Assembly (NCBI GenBank): GCA_965222225.1
Contig: CBDCTK010000002.1
Span: forward strand, 2,560,001 to 2,624,000
Length of the DNA: 64,000 bases
DNA from: Candidatus Poribacteria bacterium
Lineage (GTDB): Bacteria > Poribacteria > WGA-4E > JAJDTR01
Direction: 5' to 3'
The notes under the pieces were generated by a model. It ran no database searches, had not been told where the DNA came from, and was given only the letters and a program-made list of their open reading frames with translations. Positions within the stretch are counted from its first letter, which is position 1. Each line of letters opens with the position of its first letter. A program made the position numbers and the translations under genes. This document shows positions 9,807-20,462 of this stretch, piece by piece.

Positions 9807-10481
9807 TCAGGTCTGCCAATTGATGACAACGCCAACAATATCCTTATCTGTTCCTTGATTGATGCGCTGAAACATCTAGGGCGCGTCCATGAAGCCGATG
9901 CGATGGCTAATGCATTGCTCCCACTTCAGCGCGCCCATGGCCATATTCTTCACAACGGCTCGCCGACAGGGCCGCCAGCCGTCGTCGGACGGGAAGAACA
10001 TCTTCAATCGCCGACCGTGCGGGGGAAGAAAATGCATGGAGACCGGGGCACTGCCATAGTTCCCCTGCCAGACAAAACTGCCATGTTCACGGCAGAGCGC
10101 AATGGCCGGATCGATGCACTCGGGAATCCCCGTGCACTCAAAGACGACATCGGCCCCCTCCGGCGCGATCTTTTTCACCTCGGCTTGCACATCGCCGGAC
10201 TCACCGCTGATCGAGTAATCAGCCCCCAACTGCTTGGCGACGGCCAACCGTTTCTCATTGAGATCGACGGCCAGCACGACGCAACCGCGGTGTGCGCAGG
10301 CGGCAACAACTCCCAGTCCGATCAGGCCGGTGCCGTAGACAACAACCGTCTGGCCCATCCGGGGGTTCGTCATATCCACCCCGTACAGCCCTACGGCAGG
10401 CATCACGAACATACAGGCCACGTCCATCTCCACGCCGGGGATCATGTGGTCAACACCCTCCGTCGTGTCGGGCCTCGTCAC
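9807..10481 (-). pseudogene. Zn-binding (MDR) dehydrogenase, 5'-truncated by the resolvase insertion, with an internal TAG
   Basis: VVYGTGLIG, GADVVFECTG; reading frame continues past TAG 9876 as MFQRINQG...GVVINWQT*. Confidence 0.75.
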
Positions 10482-10498
10482 AAATCATGTCCAAGAAT

Positions 10499-11089
10499 CT
10501 AATCCCTTTTACCTAGCTTAATACCCTGATGTCGAAGGTAAGCATACAACGTGGATCTCGCGATCGACAGGTGCTCACAGATCTGTGTGGTCGATAATTT
10601 GCCCTCCTTGTAAAGTTTCTCCGCAATCATCGCTTTGTCTTTAGCTTGCGACGATAGTCCCTTTGGGCGTCCACCTTTCCGACCTCTGGCCCTAGCCGCC
10701 GCCAATCCAGCATTGGTCCGCTCCCGAATCATATCTGCCTCGAATTCAGCCAATGCTGCAAAAAGGTGAAAGGTCAGTTTTCCTTGGGGTGTAGTGGTAT
10801 CAATATTATCATTGAGGCTCAAAAGCCCTGCACCTTTTTCTTGGATTTCGTTTACGAGTACGAGTTGAACCAGGTCCTTAAGCGAACGACCCAGGCGGTC
10901 GAGTTTCCAAATGATAATGACATCTTTCGGGCGAAGATTGTCCAGAAGTTTCTGAAACTCGGGTCGTTCCTTGGTTCGACCGGTAATCTTCTCCTGATAA
11001 AACTTCTTGCATTTTGCTTTATTGAGAGCATCAAGCTGAAGTGCGAGATCTTGGTCTTCAGTTGATACCCTAGCGTAACCTATTCGCAT
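10499..11089 (-). CDS. Serine recombinase (resolvase/invertase)
   Basis: IGYARVST, KLDRLGRS, ERTNAGLAAARARGRKGGRP, C-terminal HTH. Confidence 0.95.
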   Translation of the reverse strand: MRIGYARVSTEDQDLALQLDALNKAKCKKFYQEKITGRTKERPEFQKLLDNLRPKDVIIIWKLDRLGRSLKDLVQLVLVNEIQEKGAGLLSLNDNIDTTTPQGKLTFHLFAALAEFEADMIRERTNAGLAAARARGRKGGRPKGLSSQAKDKAMIAEKLYKEGKLSTTQICEHLSIARSTLYAYLRHQGIKLGKRD

Positions 11090-11242
11090 GTATAAAAGTT
11101 TAATAAAACGTTAGTGATATGCTATTTTTATACTTTGATTCAGTATACCACTTTTTGATACCGTTTTGGAGGGTATTTCTGCAGTTACAGCGAAAAATCA
11201 GCTAAGCAAGGTGAGTTTCAAATAACGAACGTTTTTGTGAAC
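11090..11242. promoter_or_regulatory. Putative res site/promoter of the resolvase
   Basis: AT-rich region directly upstream of the resolvase with imperfect dyads (e.g. TTTCAAATAACGAACGTTTTTGTGAAC). Confidence 0.5.
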
Positions 11243-11323
11243 TTGTTGAGCTCTGGATTTGGTGGGTTGATGAGGAAGATCTGCTGGACTCAGCTAAGAG
11301 TGAACTTCCTACTAAAGGACCGG

Positions 11324-12364
11324 CTACTCCCAATCCATCGGATCAATATCCTGCCACCGTTGGTCACTCTCGATCCACTTGTTCGGTGCGGTATCGATCT
11401 CGTATTTGGCAAATACTCGGTCAATCTTTCGCTTCACATCTTCTGTCAGAGTCCAGCCCAAGGCAGGCATATTATCTTCAACTTCTGCCACCGTTCGCGT
11501 GCCTACCAGTGCCGTGCTCACCGCAGGATGTGACAACACCCAGTTCAGTGCCAGCTGTGGCAGGCTTTTGCCCAGGTCTGCGGCAATGGCTTTGATTTCA
11601 TTGACCGCCTGGATATTCCGTTGAAAGACCCCTGGCACGAACAACCGCAGCGAGGTTTGAGAGCCTCCGCCTTTTCGCCAATCTCCGCCCTCAAAAACGG
11701 TGTTCTCATTAAGCACACCGCTCAGTAATCCAAAAGCCAGTGATGCATAAACCATCATGCCGATATTATGTTCCTGGGCATAGGGAAAAATCCAATTCGC
11801 CTGGCGGCGGTCAAACATATTGTAGCCGTATTGCAGCACATCTATTCTGCGTGCAGCCATACAGCGCTCAATTTCAGCCGGCGTAAAATTCGATACCCCC
11901 ACATACCGCACCTTGCCGGCCTGCACAAGTTCGTCGATGGCACCTAACGTTTCTTCAAACGGCGTATCCCGATCCGGCCAGTGTACTAGGTAAACATCGA
12001 TATAATCCGTATTCAACAGCGCCAGACTCTGGTCGATGGCTTTGTGCATCATTTGCTTGCTGCTGTCTCGACCATGCTGATATCCAGTCCCGAACTTGGT
12101 CACTAAAATCACATCTTTCCGCCGATTACCCAGGGCGCGGCCAAGCAACTGTTCGGATGCGCCCATCCCATATTGCTGAGCCGTATCAAAACAGTTGATG
12201 CCAAGATCAATAGCCCGGTTGACAGCGGCAACCATCTCCGATTCATCAAAATCCCCATACGAGCCAGCCATTCCCCAACACCCAAAACCAATGGCGGAAA
12301 CTTCGAGCTCGGTCTGTCCAAACGGACGATATTCCATATATTTCTCCATGTCAAACCTCCGCAA
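11324..12364 (-). CDS. Aldo/keto reductase
   Basis: IGFGCW, FDTAQQYG, TKFG, YLVHWPD, GKVRYVGVSN. Confidence 0.93.
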   Translation of the reverse strand: MRRFDMEKYMEYRPFGQTELEVSAIGFGCWGMAGSYGDFDESEMVAAVNRAIDLGINCFDTAQQYGMGASEQLLGRALGNRRKDVILVTKFGTGYQHGRDSSKQMMHKAIDQSLALLNTDYIDVYLVHWPDRDTPFEETLGAIDELVQAGKVRYVGVSNFTPAEIERCMAARRIDVLQYGYNMFDRRQANWIFPYAQEHNIGMMVYASLAFGLLSGVLNENTVFEGGDWRKGGGSQTSLRLFVPGVFQRNIQAVNEIKAIAADLGKSLPQLALNWVLSHPAVSTALVGTRTVAEVEDNMPALGWTLTEDVKRKIDRVFAKYEIDTAPNKWIESDQRWQDIDPMDWE

Positions 12365-12620
12365 ATGGCTCTGTCACGCTAACAGACGTGATGAGAGCCG
12401 TTTTCTTTTTCTTTGGCCAATTCTTGATTTCGAATTCTCGTTTCAGTGCTTCTGATCGGTTTTTACATGCTTCCGAGTAGACGACTCTAACCGGTTTATG
12501 CGCCCTGGTATACGCACCGCCTTTCTTAGCCAGGTGCTCCTGGAATCGCTGTTGGACATCGGTGGTGATTCCAGTGTAGTAGCTTTTGTCTTCGCATTCG
12601 AGAATGTAAACGTAGTACAT
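12351..12620 (-). CDS. Small GIY-YIG nuclease family protein
   Basis: MYYVYILEC..SYYTGIT...RFQEH..GGAYT...ALKREFEIK; start set at ATG 12620. Confidence 0.85.
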   Translation of the reverse strand: MYYVYILECEDKSYYTGITTDVQQRFQEHLAKKGGAYTRAHKPVRVVYSEACKNRSEALKREFEIKNWPKKKKTALITSVSVTEPFAEV

Positions 12621-12775
12621 GCCACAAATCATACCAGATGCGGTTTTGTGAATCCAACTTTTCCACAGCCCTTTGTCAATTCCGTCCAGTCCTCCCTTCT
12701 TTTTCATTTCCGCCCAAATTTTATAATGAGCAACAACAACACGGTGTTGTTGTTAAAAATTAAAAATATAACAAC

Positions 12776-13333
12776 ATGAACAAACAACATGTTGTTGCCG
12801 TCCTCATGACGCACAACGTCACCAACGTCATTGCGGAAAACTTAGCTAAGCAACATTCCAGTGAGCAGATCATGGCTCAAATCAGGATGTTGTCATATCG
12901 TAACGCAACGGATAATCCTGCCGGACTCTTAGTCAATTCCATCCGTGAAAACTGGGCAGCACCGGAAGCATACCTGGAAGTTCAGCATAAACATAATGCC
13001 ATGCTTGAGGAACGGAAACTACAGGCAGTCAAGCGACAACGGCTAGCGTCACAACGTAAAGCGATTGAAAAAGTCAAAGCCAACCTTACAAAAGATGAAC
13101 TCGAAAATCTCAAGCAGAAGGCGATAGATCGAGTCGCGAGGATTATGCGCAACTACTATGGTGCTGACAACTTGCCTGCCCCACTCATCAACGGCGTTAT
13201 GAACCGTATCATCAAAGAGAATTATCTAGACAACCCCCAGCAAAGAGCACCAGATCTGCTTAATGGGGGATTGACAGAAAAAACAAACTATGTTACCGTG
13301 TCGCCCGACCGTACCCTGGCGTTGGTAGTATAG
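12776..13333 (+). CDS. Hypothetical protein, possibly the C-terminal part of a replication-initiator-like protein
   Basis: NPAGLLVNSIRENW motif followed by a coiled region; AACAAC/GTTGTT palindromes at the 5' end. Confidence 0.45.
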   Translation: MNKQHVVAVLMTHNVTNVIAENLAKQHSSEQIMAQIRMLSYRNATDNPAGLLVNSIRENWAAPEAYLEVQHKHNAMLEERKLQAVKRQRLASQRKAIEKVKANLTKDELENLKQKAIDRVARIMRNYYGADNLPAPLINGVMNRIIKENYLDNPQQRAPDLLNGGLTEKTNYVTVSPDRTLALVV

Positions 13334-13386
13334 CAAGTTATCATTATTTTGTTATAACAAGGCACGTCAAATAGAAGGTTGTGACC

Positions 13387-13773
13387 ATGAACGAGCAAGT
13401 AGAATTCGCAACTATGAGTGACCGAGCGAGATACCTGTTCGATCTCCAGGGCTTTCTCGTCGTCAAAGGTATGCTCTCTGCCACTGAAGTGAAAACCCTG
13501 AATGAAGCCCTCGAAGCTAATCTGGACAATCGTGGAAACTTCGGGGAAGCGAACGCCATCAGTGGAAATTAGGAGGGAAGGCCTTTTGAAGGCCGTTTCA
13601 GCCCATTTCGGCACTACAAGGGCATGCTGACATGGGAGCAGCCGTGGTGCCAGCCCTTCCGTGATATGTTGGCCCACCCAAAGGTCATTCCCTACCTCAA
13701 TACGCTGCTCGGCCGAAGCTGGAAGCTAGACCAGGGCGTTGACCTACTCAATCCTGTGGAGGGTTGTGAAGGA
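13387..13773 (+). pseudogene. PhyH-family dioxygenase pseudogene (internal TAG; truncated by a MITE)
   Basis: YLFDLQGFLVV...SGN*EGRP...PWCQPFRDMLAHPKVIPYLNTLLG. Confidence 0.75.
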
Positions 13774-14043
13774 AGGGTACCAACCGAAATTGTGTAATGG
13801 TACACCCTAAGAAAAATTTGCTCAGTGTTTTTGGGGGTTCCGTCCACTTGCTGGTATCGTGATAGTTAAGAAACTCATCGCTGATAGTGGAAACTATACT
13901 TTGTTTTCTTTACTGAGTTTCTTAACCGCAGGAACCCAGGAAACACGTGGGTTGGAAGGACAATTCAAATCGTAAAGAAAATGAGGGTTTTCTTTACTCT
14001 CATCGCTTAGGGTGTACCATTACAGTAATTCGGTTGGTACCCT
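13774..14043. mobile_element. Non-autonomous Tn3-family-derived miniature element (~270 bp, 38-bp TIRs)
   Basis: Left AGGGTACCAACCGAAATTGTGTAATGGTACACCCTAAG; right CTTAGGGTGTACCATTACAGTAATTCGGTTGGTACCCT. Confidence 0.8.
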
Positions 14044-14267
14044 GAATAGGGCAAGTTTTTCACAGACTCGTGCTCGTGTACGCTATCGTCTGCAACCGCG
14101 CAGCGGGAATGACAACCCCATTTTTATGTTAGCCCAAGTTGCCACCTAAAATTGATTGAACTTTTTTAACGCGGACATCCATGGAGACTGGTAAGAATCT
14201 ACGGAACCTGTATCATCTGCGTGATCTGTGTCCTACCTTTAAGTTGTGAGTTAATACGGAGGAATAC

Positions 14268-15248
14268 ATGGAAATTCCCAGAGAGAAGCTACTTGAAATC
14301 TACGAACGGATGGCAACCATCCGCCAATTTGAAGAACGGGTGCGCGAAGAGTTCGCCGCAAATCGCATTCCGGGGTTCGTCCATCTGTATGCGGGCGAGG
14401 AGGCGGTTGCGGTCGGCGTCTGCGCCCATCTCACCGATGAGGATATGATAACCAGCACTCACCGCGGCCACGGTCACTGCATTGCCAAAGGGGTCGATGT
14501 CAAGGCGATGATGGCTGAACTGTATGGGCGCGCCACCGGCGCCTGCAAGGGAAAGGGCGGCTCAATGCACATCGCCGATCTCGACCGAGGCATGCTTGGC
14601 GCCAACGGCATTGTTGGCGCGGGAATTCCGCTGGCGTGCGGTGCGGCTCTCAGTGCCCAAGTGCTTGGGACTCAGAACGTTGCTGTCAGTTTTTTTGGTG
14701 ACGGCGGCGCCAACGAGGGTAGCTTTCACGAAGGTCTGAATCTAGCCGGTGTTTGGCAACTTCCCGCTATCTTTGTGGCGGAGAACAACGGCTGGGCGCA
14801 AACGACGAGCAGCGACTACTCCGTCGCGGGCGCCGATATCGCCGGACGTGCGCGCGCTTACGGCATACGCGGCACTGTTGTTGATGGCCTAGACCTCTTC
14901 GACGTTTATGAAAAAGCGGGGGAGGCGATTGCCGCAGCCCGTGCCGGAGAGGGGCCCGCGCTTTTGGAGTGTAAGACGTATCGCTTCTACGGTCACCACG
15001 AGGGCGACAAGCAGCGCTACAGATCGCAGGAGGAAGTCGAGGAATATCGCAAGAATCATTGCGTCATCAAGAATTTCCGTGCGCGCATGACCGATGAGAA
15101 GGTGTTGACCGACGAGGAGCTTGACGAGATTGAGACGCGGGTCGAGGAGACGATAGAGTCTGCCGTGGCGTACGCGGCTGACAGCCCGTGGCCCGAGCCG
15201 AGCGAAGTGACGGAAGATGTCTACGTGAACTACAAGGAGGTGCTGTAA
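14268..15248 (+). CDS. acoA: Acetoin/2-oxoacid dehydrogenase E1 alpha subunit (TPP-dependent)
   Basis: GFVHLYAGEEA, STHRGHGH, GKGGSMH, GDGG...ENN, YRFYGH. Confidence 0.85.
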   Translation: MEIPREKLLEIYERMATIRQFEERVREEFAANRIPGFVHLYAGEEAVAVGVCAHLTDEDMITSTHRGHGHCIAKGVDVKAMMAELYGRATGACKGKGGSMHIADLDRGMLGANGIVGAGIPLACGAALSAQVLGTQNVAVSFFGDGGANEGSFHEGLNLAGVWQLPAIFVAENNGWAQTTSSDYSVAGADIAGRARAYGIRGTVVDGLDLFDVYEKAGEAIAAARAGEGPALLECKTYRFYGHHEGDKQRYRSQEEVEEYRKNHCVIKNFRARMTDEKVLTDEELDEIETRVEETIESAVAYAADSPWPEPSEVTEDVYVNYKEVL

Positions 15249-16270
15249 TGAGCGAAGAACGAGAGCTGACCATGGGAGCGGCTATCCGCGAGGCGCTTCA
15301 TCATGCGATGGAGCGCGATTCTACGGTGATCATTATGGGTGAGGATGTCGTCGGCGGAGCAGGTGCGAAGTTGGAAGGTGCCGAGGACTGCTGGGGCGGA
15401 CCGTTTGGTATCACCGGAGGACTCGTGGGCAAGTATGGACGAAATCGCATTCGCGACACGCCGATTAGCGAGGCAGGTTTCATCGGCGCCGCCATTGGCG
15501 CGGCGGCGACGGGACTCAGACCGGTTGCGGCGCTGATGTTCGTCGATTTCTTTGGCATTCCTATGGATCAGATTTTCAATCAGGGCGCCAAGATTCGCTA
15601 CATGTTTGGCGGCAAGGCAAAAGTGCCCGTGGTTATCCGCGCGGCGATTGGGGGTGGGATTAACGCCGCGGCGCAGCATTCTCAATGCCTCTATTCTATC
15701 TTCGCGCATATCCCCGGATTGAAGGTTGTGGTTCCATCCACGCCGTACGATGCCAAGGGATTGATGACGGCAGCCATTCGCGATGACGACCTTGTTTTCT
15801 TCCTTGAACATAAGCGGTTGATGGGATCGAAGGGGCACGTGCCCGAAGAGTCCTATGTTGTCCCGTTAGGCGAAGCATTGGTTCGGCGCGAAGGCAGTGA
15901 TGTCACCGTGGTTGCGATCGCGAAGATGGTTGACTTGGCGCTAAGCGCGGCGGAGGGGCTTGAAGCCGAAGGGGTGAACGTCGAGGTGATAGATCCGCGC
16001 TCGTTAAGCCCGTTGGACGGCAGGACGATTGTGGATTCCGTCGAGAAGACGGGGCGGCTTGTGATTGTCGATGAGGACACGCCGAGATGCAACTTGGCTA
16101 CGGACATCGCCGCCCTAGCGGCGGACGAAGCGTTCTATAGCCTTGAAGCGCCGATTAAGCGCGTCACGCCTCCGCACACACCTGTCCCCTTCAGCCCGGC
16201 ACTGGAAAATGCCTATATCCCGTCGGAAGCCCGGGTTGTGACAGCGATTCGGGAGGTGATGGCTGCATGA
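15248..16270 (+). CDS. acoB: Acetoin/2-oxoacid dehydrogenase E1 beta subunit
   Basis: TAATG coupling to acoA; DTPISEAG, MFVDF, AAQHSQ. Confidence 0.85.
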   Translation: MSEERELTMGAAIREALHHAMERDSTVIIMGEDVVGGAGAKLEGAEDCWGGPFGITGGLVGKYGRNRIRDTPISEAGFIGAAIGAAATGLRPVAALMFVDFFGIPMDQIFNQGAKIRYMFGGKAKVPVVIRAAIGGGINAAAQHSQCLYSIFAHIPGLKVVVPSTPYDAKGLMTAAIRDDDLVFFLEHKRLMGSKGHVPEESYVVPLGEALVRREGSDVTVVAIAKMVDLALSAAEGLEAEGVNVEVIDPRSLSPLDGRTIVDSVEKTGRLVIVDEDTPRCNLATDIAALAADEAFYSLEAPIKRVTPPHTPVPFSPALENAYIPSEARVVTAIREVMAA

Positions 16271-16303
16271 AAGCAGTCGTATTTCCCAAGTCGGGCCAGA
16301 CCG
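16267..16303 (+). pseudogene. First ~12 codons of a probable E2 (lipoyl-domain) gene, truncated by an intron remnant
   Basis: ATGA overlap with the acoB stop; MKAVVFPKSGQT resembles the lipoyl N-terminus M..V.MPKLG.T. Confidence 0.5.
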
Positions 16304-16694
16304 CTAAAGGGCAGGGCTATTCGACACCTTCGGGGTCCCAGAGCACGGCATGTCATCAAAGTCGTTAGGTAAACGTGGGAGAACCTGACAATTCTCCGAA
16401 TTTTGAGTATTGGCTAACAAGTGTAAAAGCGAGGAAGCCAAGATGATTGTCAGGTAGTCGGATGGGTCATAGTACCGTAGAAGCGGAGTAATGCTCGCAG
16501 AGGGAAGGACCCTGGGCAGAATGCCCCTTTTCATCGACACGTTATGAGGTCATCAGAACCTCAATAAATAACGGCAACAAACGTGAGAAGGATAGCCTTT
16601 CGAGGCGAACCATTCTGTCTTGAGCCCATTGCCTGAATCGGGCACGATGGGTTCTAACTGGGGAGAAGCTCAGGTGACTGGGCTTCTCTACCAC
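16304..16694 (+). mobile_element. 5'-truncated, RT-deleted group II intron
   Basis: Domain V GAGCCCATTGCCTGAATCGGGCACGATGGGTTC; domain VI GAGAAGCTCAGGTGACTGGGCTTCTCTACCAC; homologous to 20463..21094. Confidence 0.8.
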
Positions 16695-16751
16695 CCGCAC
16701 TTTCCCCCGTTTTGGGACAGACTCCCATCAGTGAGCTTTGCATCTAGACTG

Positions 16752-17310
16752 CTAGGTTTTGGGATATAGTTTGCCGCCAAGGTGGCGCACGAAACCTGAG
16801 CAGTTGTTCCATGGTCCACAGATAGTCGGTGATGCCAGCGGCCATTGCTGGGGTGCGCTGTTGCCAGACTTTTTTGCGGAGTCGTTTGATTCGGGCAATC
16901 GCTGACGTAGGCTGCCGTGGGGCACCACGAAGTTGTAGTATCCTCTTGTGAGATTTAACTCTTGTTGTAGTCCTACCTCATTCTTGGCGACTGCCAAGGT
17001 GCGTCGTGCTAGCGCAGGCACGCGTTGTCGCAGCATCAGATTGAGTCGTTCGATGAAAGCGGTGTTAATCACCTTCCCCACACTCGCCATCAGCTTGGCT
17101 TGCACTGCTTCGAGTGTTCCATAAACCACGCGACGGGTGACACTGACCAGCCGTTTCCGACGTCGCCGCTTGACGACCTGTGCATAGGTCAGCTGGGGCA
17201 AAGGACACCAACGGTCACGAAGCTTCCTACCAGATTCAGAGACTTGGCTGACCCAGTGCCCGAAGTGTGTGAGTAGTGCGATGGCGTATGGTTTGTATCC
17301 ACCAGACAGA
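16752..17310 (-). pseudogene. IS1-family transposase C-terminal remnant
   Basis: YAQVVK...INTAFIERLNLMLRQ...LARRT...YYNF..PH.SL; frameshifted near the end. Confidence 0.7.
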
Positions 17311-18313
17311 CAGAACCGCGATGAGTAAAAACACATCGCTCGTTCGCAGCCACTGTCTGCGCTGAATGCGGTAAATCAGCGAAACGACAATTGCGACACC
17401 TAAAATCCCCAATAACACGTGGTGAACCGGAATATGCCAGTCACTAAAATAGACAATCGATTTGACGTCCCAAAAATAATCGGAAATATAATTGATGCAA
17501 TCTCTGTAATATCCCCTGTCATTATTCTTCAGGGTCTGCAGATAATATTCCGTCAAGACGAAGTACGCTGGCAGCATATATCCGACGAATCGAATCAGTG
17601 GCTTGAGTCTGAACAGAAAGCCCCCCAGCATCTCATACGCCCTGCTGCGTACATTTTTGGCGTTCAGAAGTTCTACTTCTGCACCCTCCTGTTTTCGCCA
17701 TGTGGGGGCAATCGCTTCATGTCCCCCAAACACAACGCAGTGACCGACATCGCCAGCAGAGCCAATCCATACGAGACGATATGACAAAGATACGTCACCA
17801 GCAGGAGAATATATAGGACAATAAGGCGATTGACGCACAGATTTTCTCGGTGCTTCCACCAATAGCCAGAGCTGGAGAAGAAAAACGAGATGCTCAGGGC
17901 GAAGTTATAAAAGCCCATAAAAAGAAGATAGTTGTAGGAAAACAGAAAGCCAAGCCAACCGAATAGAAATCCACGTTTGTGGACGGCGTCGAGAAAATAA
18001 AAAATGAGATTGGCACGAGTCCAACTGCGAACGTGAGCAGAATTTTTTCCGCAATGATCGGTGGGAAGATGTAAAGGAGTGATGCCATCGTCAGATGCGA
18101 CATCCAGTTGGGAAAGATTATGATATTCAGCTTGAAGACATCTCGTAGTTTGTAATTTTCGTGTTTGTGGCACTCTTTGAGGATTAAAGCATTGTAGATA
18201 TGGCTAGGCCCATCTTGAGACGGAAAATACGTAAAAATCCATAGCAGAGCAAGGTGCAACAACAATAAGAGAATAAATAGATGTTTCCAAGTCAGATTTC
18301 TCCAACGCAACAT
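17311..18313 (-). pseudogene. Frameshifted, truncated multi-TM membrane protein (possibly GT-C-like)
   Basis: Three overlapping ORFs form one hydrophobic protein; FPSQDGPSHIYNA, GFYNF, YLCH. Confidence 0.6.
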
Positions 18314-18713
18314 TTTCTATCGGTTCCCTTTCTCTCGATATGGAATTGACGGATTAACCAATGGGCGAATGGCGATGGGCGGTGTGGTTTTTACTACGAA
18401 CCTGAGGTCGGCCCCTATTTTGCCCGAAATTCGTGGTGGCGTCAAGTGAAAGATGTGGTTTTGTAGGACTGCTTCAAAGTCGATTCTTGCTGTCAGCTAC
18501 TAGATTGCCATATTCCCGTCGGATACGCTAAAGACAGGACTTTTCGGTGATAGAGTTATAGCTCTACGGGAAATGCCGGCGGGACGGAAAACAAGGAATT
18601 GCTGTTGTTCCAAAAGTGAAAAACGGGTAAAATTGCTCAGGGATGCGTTCAAAAAGCGGTAGTGACTGCCGAATTTTAATTACTGCCAAAATTGTGGAGG
18701 ATTTACCGCCTTA

Positions 18714-19330
18714 ATGAAAACTTATCGCGCTGCCGTTATCGGCTGTAGCCGAATGGGGGCATTCATCGACAATGAAGTAACAGACTACCGCGGTCTTAAG
18801 TTGCCGTATTCGCACGCGGCCGGTTTCTACGCGGAGGAGCGAACGAATCTTGTTGCGTGCGCCGATCTCCGCCCATCGGTGATGGAGGAGATCGGCAAGC
18901 GGTGCAACGTGCCGAAAGAACGGCAGTATACCGATTATCGGGAGATGATCGAGAAGGAGAATCTTGATGTAATCAGGGTGGCGACCCAACCGGAGCATCG
19001 CGCAGAAATTGTCATTTACGCTGAAAAGGCGATGGCAGCTTCGATGGATGAAGCGGACGCGATGGTCGAAGCGGTGGAGCACAACAGAGTCGCCTTCAAC
19101 CTGGGTACGAGCAATCGCTGGCACACCGACTTTGATAAGATGAAGGAGATTATCGACAGCGGCGAGTTGGGAAGGCTTCGGCCGCTGATTATTTACGCGA
19201 ACCAAACACTATTCAACAAGGCGAGCCATAATTTTGATTTGCTCCTGCGTGTGAACAGCGACTGTCCCGCTGAATGGGTTTCGGCGCATCTGCCTGATGG
19301 TGACGTAGATTCCGTCCGTCGAGATGAGTC
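18714..19330 (+). pseudogene. Gfo/Idh/MocA oxidoreductase, internally deleted and C-terminally truncated
   Basis: AAVIGCSRMG, YTDYREMIEKE.LD, EKAM, SHNFDL; the frame runs into the next gene. Confidence 0.65.
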
Positions 19331-19363
19331 GGTTTTTGAAAATGCGGTGAGGAAGGAGGGAGC

Positions 19364-20344
19364 ATGGAGTATCGAAAACTGGGAAAAACCGGGGTTAAAG
19401 TATCCAGCATCTGCCTCGGCACAGCGTTTCGGGGTCAAGATGATGAGAAGATTTGCATACAAGTCATAGATCGGGCGATAGATCTAGGGTGCAATTTCAT
19501 CGACACCGCGCTTTACGGACAAGGAAGATCTGAGACGATTGTCGGCAAGGCACTCAAGGACAAGCGTGAAGACATTGTACTGTGTACCAAGGTCTTTGCT
19601 TTGCTCGGCAACAGCCCGAATCACAGCGGCTTATCGCGCTTAAACCTGATGCGTGGGGTCGAAGATAGTTTAAAACGACTCCAGACTGACCATATCGACC
19701 TCTACCTACTCCATCGGTTTGACCCCGAAACGCCGCTTGAAGAAACCCTACGCGCGCTGGATGATATGGTACGCCAGGGCAAGGTTCGGTATATCGGTTG
19801 TAGCCGCTTTCAGGCATGGAAAATCATGGAAGCTCTCTGGATTAGCGATGTCCGTAGCCTGGATCCGTTTATGTGCATCCAGGACCAGTACAATCTGCTC
19901 AACCGCTGGGAACTCGAACCCGATTTGATGCCGCTATGCCGCGAACACGGTTTGGGAATCATGGTTTACAGTCCTCTCGCTATCGGTTTACTGAGTGGAC
20001 GTTTCCGCCGCGGACAGGAGCCACCAGCGAACACCCCCTGGGGCAAGGGAACGCTCCGGGGGCTCAGTCCAAGCAAATACGATTTTGAGGCGGCGATGAC
20101 TGAGCGGGCGGATAGGATTGTACAGACGCTGATAGACATTGGCGCAAAGCATGGCAAGACGCCGGCGCAGGTGGCAGTGGCATGGCTCTTAGATCACGAG
20201 GAAGTGAGCGCGCTGATTCACGGTGCCGACCTGCCCGAGCATGTGGATGAGGTTTTCGGGGCGGCGGACTGGCGATTGGCGTCAGAGGGCCGTGCAACTC
20301 TGGATGAAGTGTCGAAGGTAGACGAACCAAAGAAGTACGCCTGA
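19364..20344 (+). CDS. Aldo/keto reductase
   Basis: LGKTGVKVSSICLGT, FIDTALYG, DLYLLHRFD, GKVRYIGCS, YSPLA. Confidence 0.93.
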   Translation: MEYRKLGKTGVKVSSICLGTAFRGQDDEKICIQVIDRAIDLGCNFIDTALYGQGRSETIVGKALKDKREDIVLCTKVFALLGNSPNHSGLSRLNLMRGVEDSLKRLQTDHIDLYLLHRFDPETPLEETLRALDDMVRQGKVRYIGCSRFQAWKIMEALWISDVRSLDPFMCIQDQYNLLNRWELEPDLMPLCREHGLGIMVYSPLAIGLLSGRFRRGQEPPANTPWGKGTLRGLSPSKYDFEAAMTERADRIVQTLIDIGAKHGKTPAQVAVAWLLDHEEVSALIHGADLPEHVDEVFGAADWRLASEGRATLDEVSKVDEPKKYA

Positions 20345-20462
20345 CACCATTTCCGCTTTGAAATTGCGTTCAGGACACGGAGTTAGTGCTATAAATTAGG
20401 GTTGAGAAGTAGATTAGGACACTTACAGCAAAATTCTCTCTCTCACTTATCGGACATAAATT

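Noticed and set aside
9729-10502. Long antisense ORFs (also 1723..2250, 15230..15838, 40052..40840, 57884..58435)
   Set aside because: They are shadows of real genes on the opposite strand, with no recognisable motifs
10499-11242. Invertase-driven shufflon
   Set aside because: No flanking inverted crossover sites or alternative gene ends were found
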